In this document: piece by piece, positions 27,975 to 29,566 of the stretch
Layout: each line of letters starts with the position of its first letter
How positions within the stretch are numbered: position 1 is the first letter of the stretch
NCBI GenBank assembly: GCA_019058015.1
Contig: JAHLWH010000016.1
Coordinates: 1-29,566 of the forward strand
Source: Promethearchaeota archaeon
Lineage (GTDB): Archaea > Asgardarchaeota > Lokiarchaeia > Sigyniarchaeales > SOKP01
Reading direction: 5' to 3'
Length of the DNA: 29,566 bases
The notes under the pieces: generated by a model
What the model was told of the DNA's origin: nothing
Seen by the model: the letters and a program-made list of their open reading frames with translations, nothing else
The model's database searches: none
Made by a program: the position numbers and the translations under genes

Positions 27975-28418
27975 TTACATTATCAATATTAAAGCTTCAC
28001 CTTCAGTTACTAAGACATCATCTTGATTATATACATTTGTTTCGACTTTTAGGAATTTTAGTTTTCCTTCCTTTTTCGTGAATTTTTCTTTAACTGTGGC
28101 AACAGCAGTTAAAGTATCTCCAATATACACGGGCTTTCGGAAATCTACTTTCTGTGATATATAAAGAGCCCCTGGTCCGAATAGTTTTACACCTAACGCC
28201 GCTGATATTAATGCACTACTGAAACAACCGTGAACAACTCTTTTTCCAAATTGTTGGGTTTTTGCAAATTCCTCGTTTACATGAAGAGGATTATAGTCTC
28301 CTGAAATTCCTGCGAATAGAATTACATCTGCCTCTGTAACTGTTTTTGCATGAAACGCACTATCGCCTATTTCATAATTCTCATACTTTATATTTTTTAA
28401 TGTAGGTTTTACACTCAT
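27975..28418 (-). CDS. MaoC-family (R)-enoyl-CoA hydratase/dehydratase
   Basis: Hydratase-2 motif FAGISGDYNPLHVNEEFA...VVHG, plus PGALY..Q..FRKPVYIGD. ATG 28418 preferred. Confidence 0.9.
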   Translation of the reverse strand: MSVKPTLKNIKYENYEIGDSAFHAKTVTEADVILFAGISGDYNPLHVNEEFAKTQQFGKRVVHGCFSSALISAALGVKLFGPGALYISQKVDFRKPVYIGDTLTAVATVKEKFTKKEGKLKFLKVETNVYNQDDVLVTEGEALILIM

Positions 28419-28505
28419 AAAAATCAATTAGGCAACACATTATTTAAAAATTATTTATTGAAAAAAAGGAAATAACAGTTTAGATTTTAAAATTTTTTAT
28501 ATTTA

Positions 28506-29018
28506 TTAATCTTCCCGACTCATAAACCCACTAATGAGACCTATCAGACCTCCTAAAAGCAACAAATATGTTCCAATAGATTCAGGTCGTCCGGCAATTG
28601 CATAGTCAAATGGAATTATTCCATCAATTAGGGGTACAGAATCTCCAACTAGATTCACAACCCATTCTGTCGGAATTGCAGAAAAACTATAAAATAAAAT
28701 TATTCCACCTATTAGAAGTGGCATGATCGAGCCAATAATTACTGAGAAGCGACTCTTAACTCCAGCTAGTTGTGTGAATCCTGCAGATAAAAACCAAATT
28801 AAAAGAACCGCAATAATATAAATTGCAAAAGTTGGAACGCCTAAAGTAACTCCCAGTGCATCTGCATTTGTAAACATATTTACAATGTTTTTTATTATCC
28901 CTATGCCATATGCATAATAAATTGTACCGCCATCATCAACTGTAACCCAAGATAAAATGAAGGTAGAGATAAGAGTTATAATTCCTGCAAGAATACTTAA
29001 ATATTTTCCAGCTCCCAT
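28506..29018 (-). CDS. Hypothetical multi-pass membrane protein (about 4 TM)
   Basis: 170 aa with four Gly-rich hydrophobic segments. Confidence 0.72.
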   Translation of the reverse strand: MGAGKYLSILAGIITLISTFILSWVTVDDGGTIYYAYGIGIIKNIVNMFTNADALGVTLGVPTFAIYIIAVLLIWFLSAGFTQLAGVKSRFSVIIGSIMPLLIGGIILFYSFSAIPTEWVVNLVGDSVPLIDGIIPFDYAIAGRPESIGTYLLLLGGLIGLISGFMSRED

Positions 29019-29200
29019 TATTTTTCACTTTAATTTAAATTTTTTTTTTATATATTTTTTTTATTATATCCGAAAAGAGTTTTAAGTATTTAAAAAATTT
29101 CTTCATAAAGTATAAAATATTTTTTTATGAAATAAGGGAAAATAGAGAAAATTAGTGAAAATTTATTTAAATTTTTATATAATTATAATTGAATCAATTT

Positions 29201-29566
29201 ATGTCAAATCCATCAGAATTTTTTCCAACTGGAAAGATCAAATCAAAAATTTTATCTCAACTTCTAAATAAATATTGTTCCAGTAAAATTGATGATAGAG
29301 TGATTTTGGGCTCAGAAATAGGTGAGGACGCTGCCGTTATTGATATGGGGGATAAATATTTAGTTGCTAAAACTGATCCTATCACATTTCTTGATTACAA
29401 ACTGGGTATTGATAATAATATCGGTTTTTGGGTTGTAAATGTGAATGTTAATGACATTGCAAGTTGTGGTGCAATTCCAAAATGGTTTCAAACTACAATT
29501 TTATTACCTGAGAAAGGCACAACAGAAGAATTAATCGAGAAAATTTTTAAGGAAATTCATGAGACT
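29201..29566 (+). CDS. AIR synthase/HypE-related (PurM-like) protein, 3' end outside the window
   Basis: Manual translation: MSNPSEFFPTGKIKSKIL...VILGSEIGEDAAVID...KTDPITF...VNVNDIASCGAIPKWF. The frame is open to the end of the window. Confidence 0.88.
   Translation, partial: MSNPSEFFPTGKIKSKILSQLLNKYCSSKIDDRVILGSEIGEDAAVIDMGDKYLVAKTDPITFLDYKLGIDNNIGFWVVNVNVNDIASCGAIPKWFQTTILLPEKGTTEELIEKIFKEIHET

Noticed and set aside
1-29566. CRISPR arrays, tRNA/rRNA genes, IS elements
   Set aside because: I saw no regularly spaced repeats, GC-rich structured RNA segments, transposase/integrase motifs or terminal inverted repeats.

Overview
Very AT-rich, gene-dense archaeal chromosomal window, most consistent with an Asgard archaeon (Lokiarchaeia-like). 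This assignment is an inference from the archaeal-type DTD2, a stand-alone ACDS gamma subunit, GGTGA-type ribosome-binding sites, frequent TTG starts and a 7TM protein fused to a longin-like domain. It holds a hutU-hutH-hutI histidine-degradation operon, two GNATs, a Nudix hydrolase, a GlmS-C-terminal-like SIS protein, a glucuronokinase-like GHMP kinase, DTD2, a surface beta-helix protein interrupted by an in-frame TAG, a ChbG/YdjC deacetylase, a corrinoid protein, a MacB/LolCDE-type ABC system, a coiled-coil protein, RNase Z, DUF3795, a ThiS/MoaD-like protein ending GG-A, a large TPR/SNAP-like protein, tyrosine phenol-lyase, type II pantothenate kinase, cdhE, a MaoC dehydratase and a partial AIR-synthase-family gene. 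I found no rRNA, tRNA, CRISPR array or mobile element. The most striking unannotated element is a 36-aa ORF (23344-23454) directly downstream of the TPR gene. It is essentially a signal peptide plus a ~12-aa tail, with its own SD, TATA-like box, palindromic operator and T-rich terminator. This TPR-plus-secreted-peptide layout resembles Rap-Phr/RRNPP peptide signalling cassettes.
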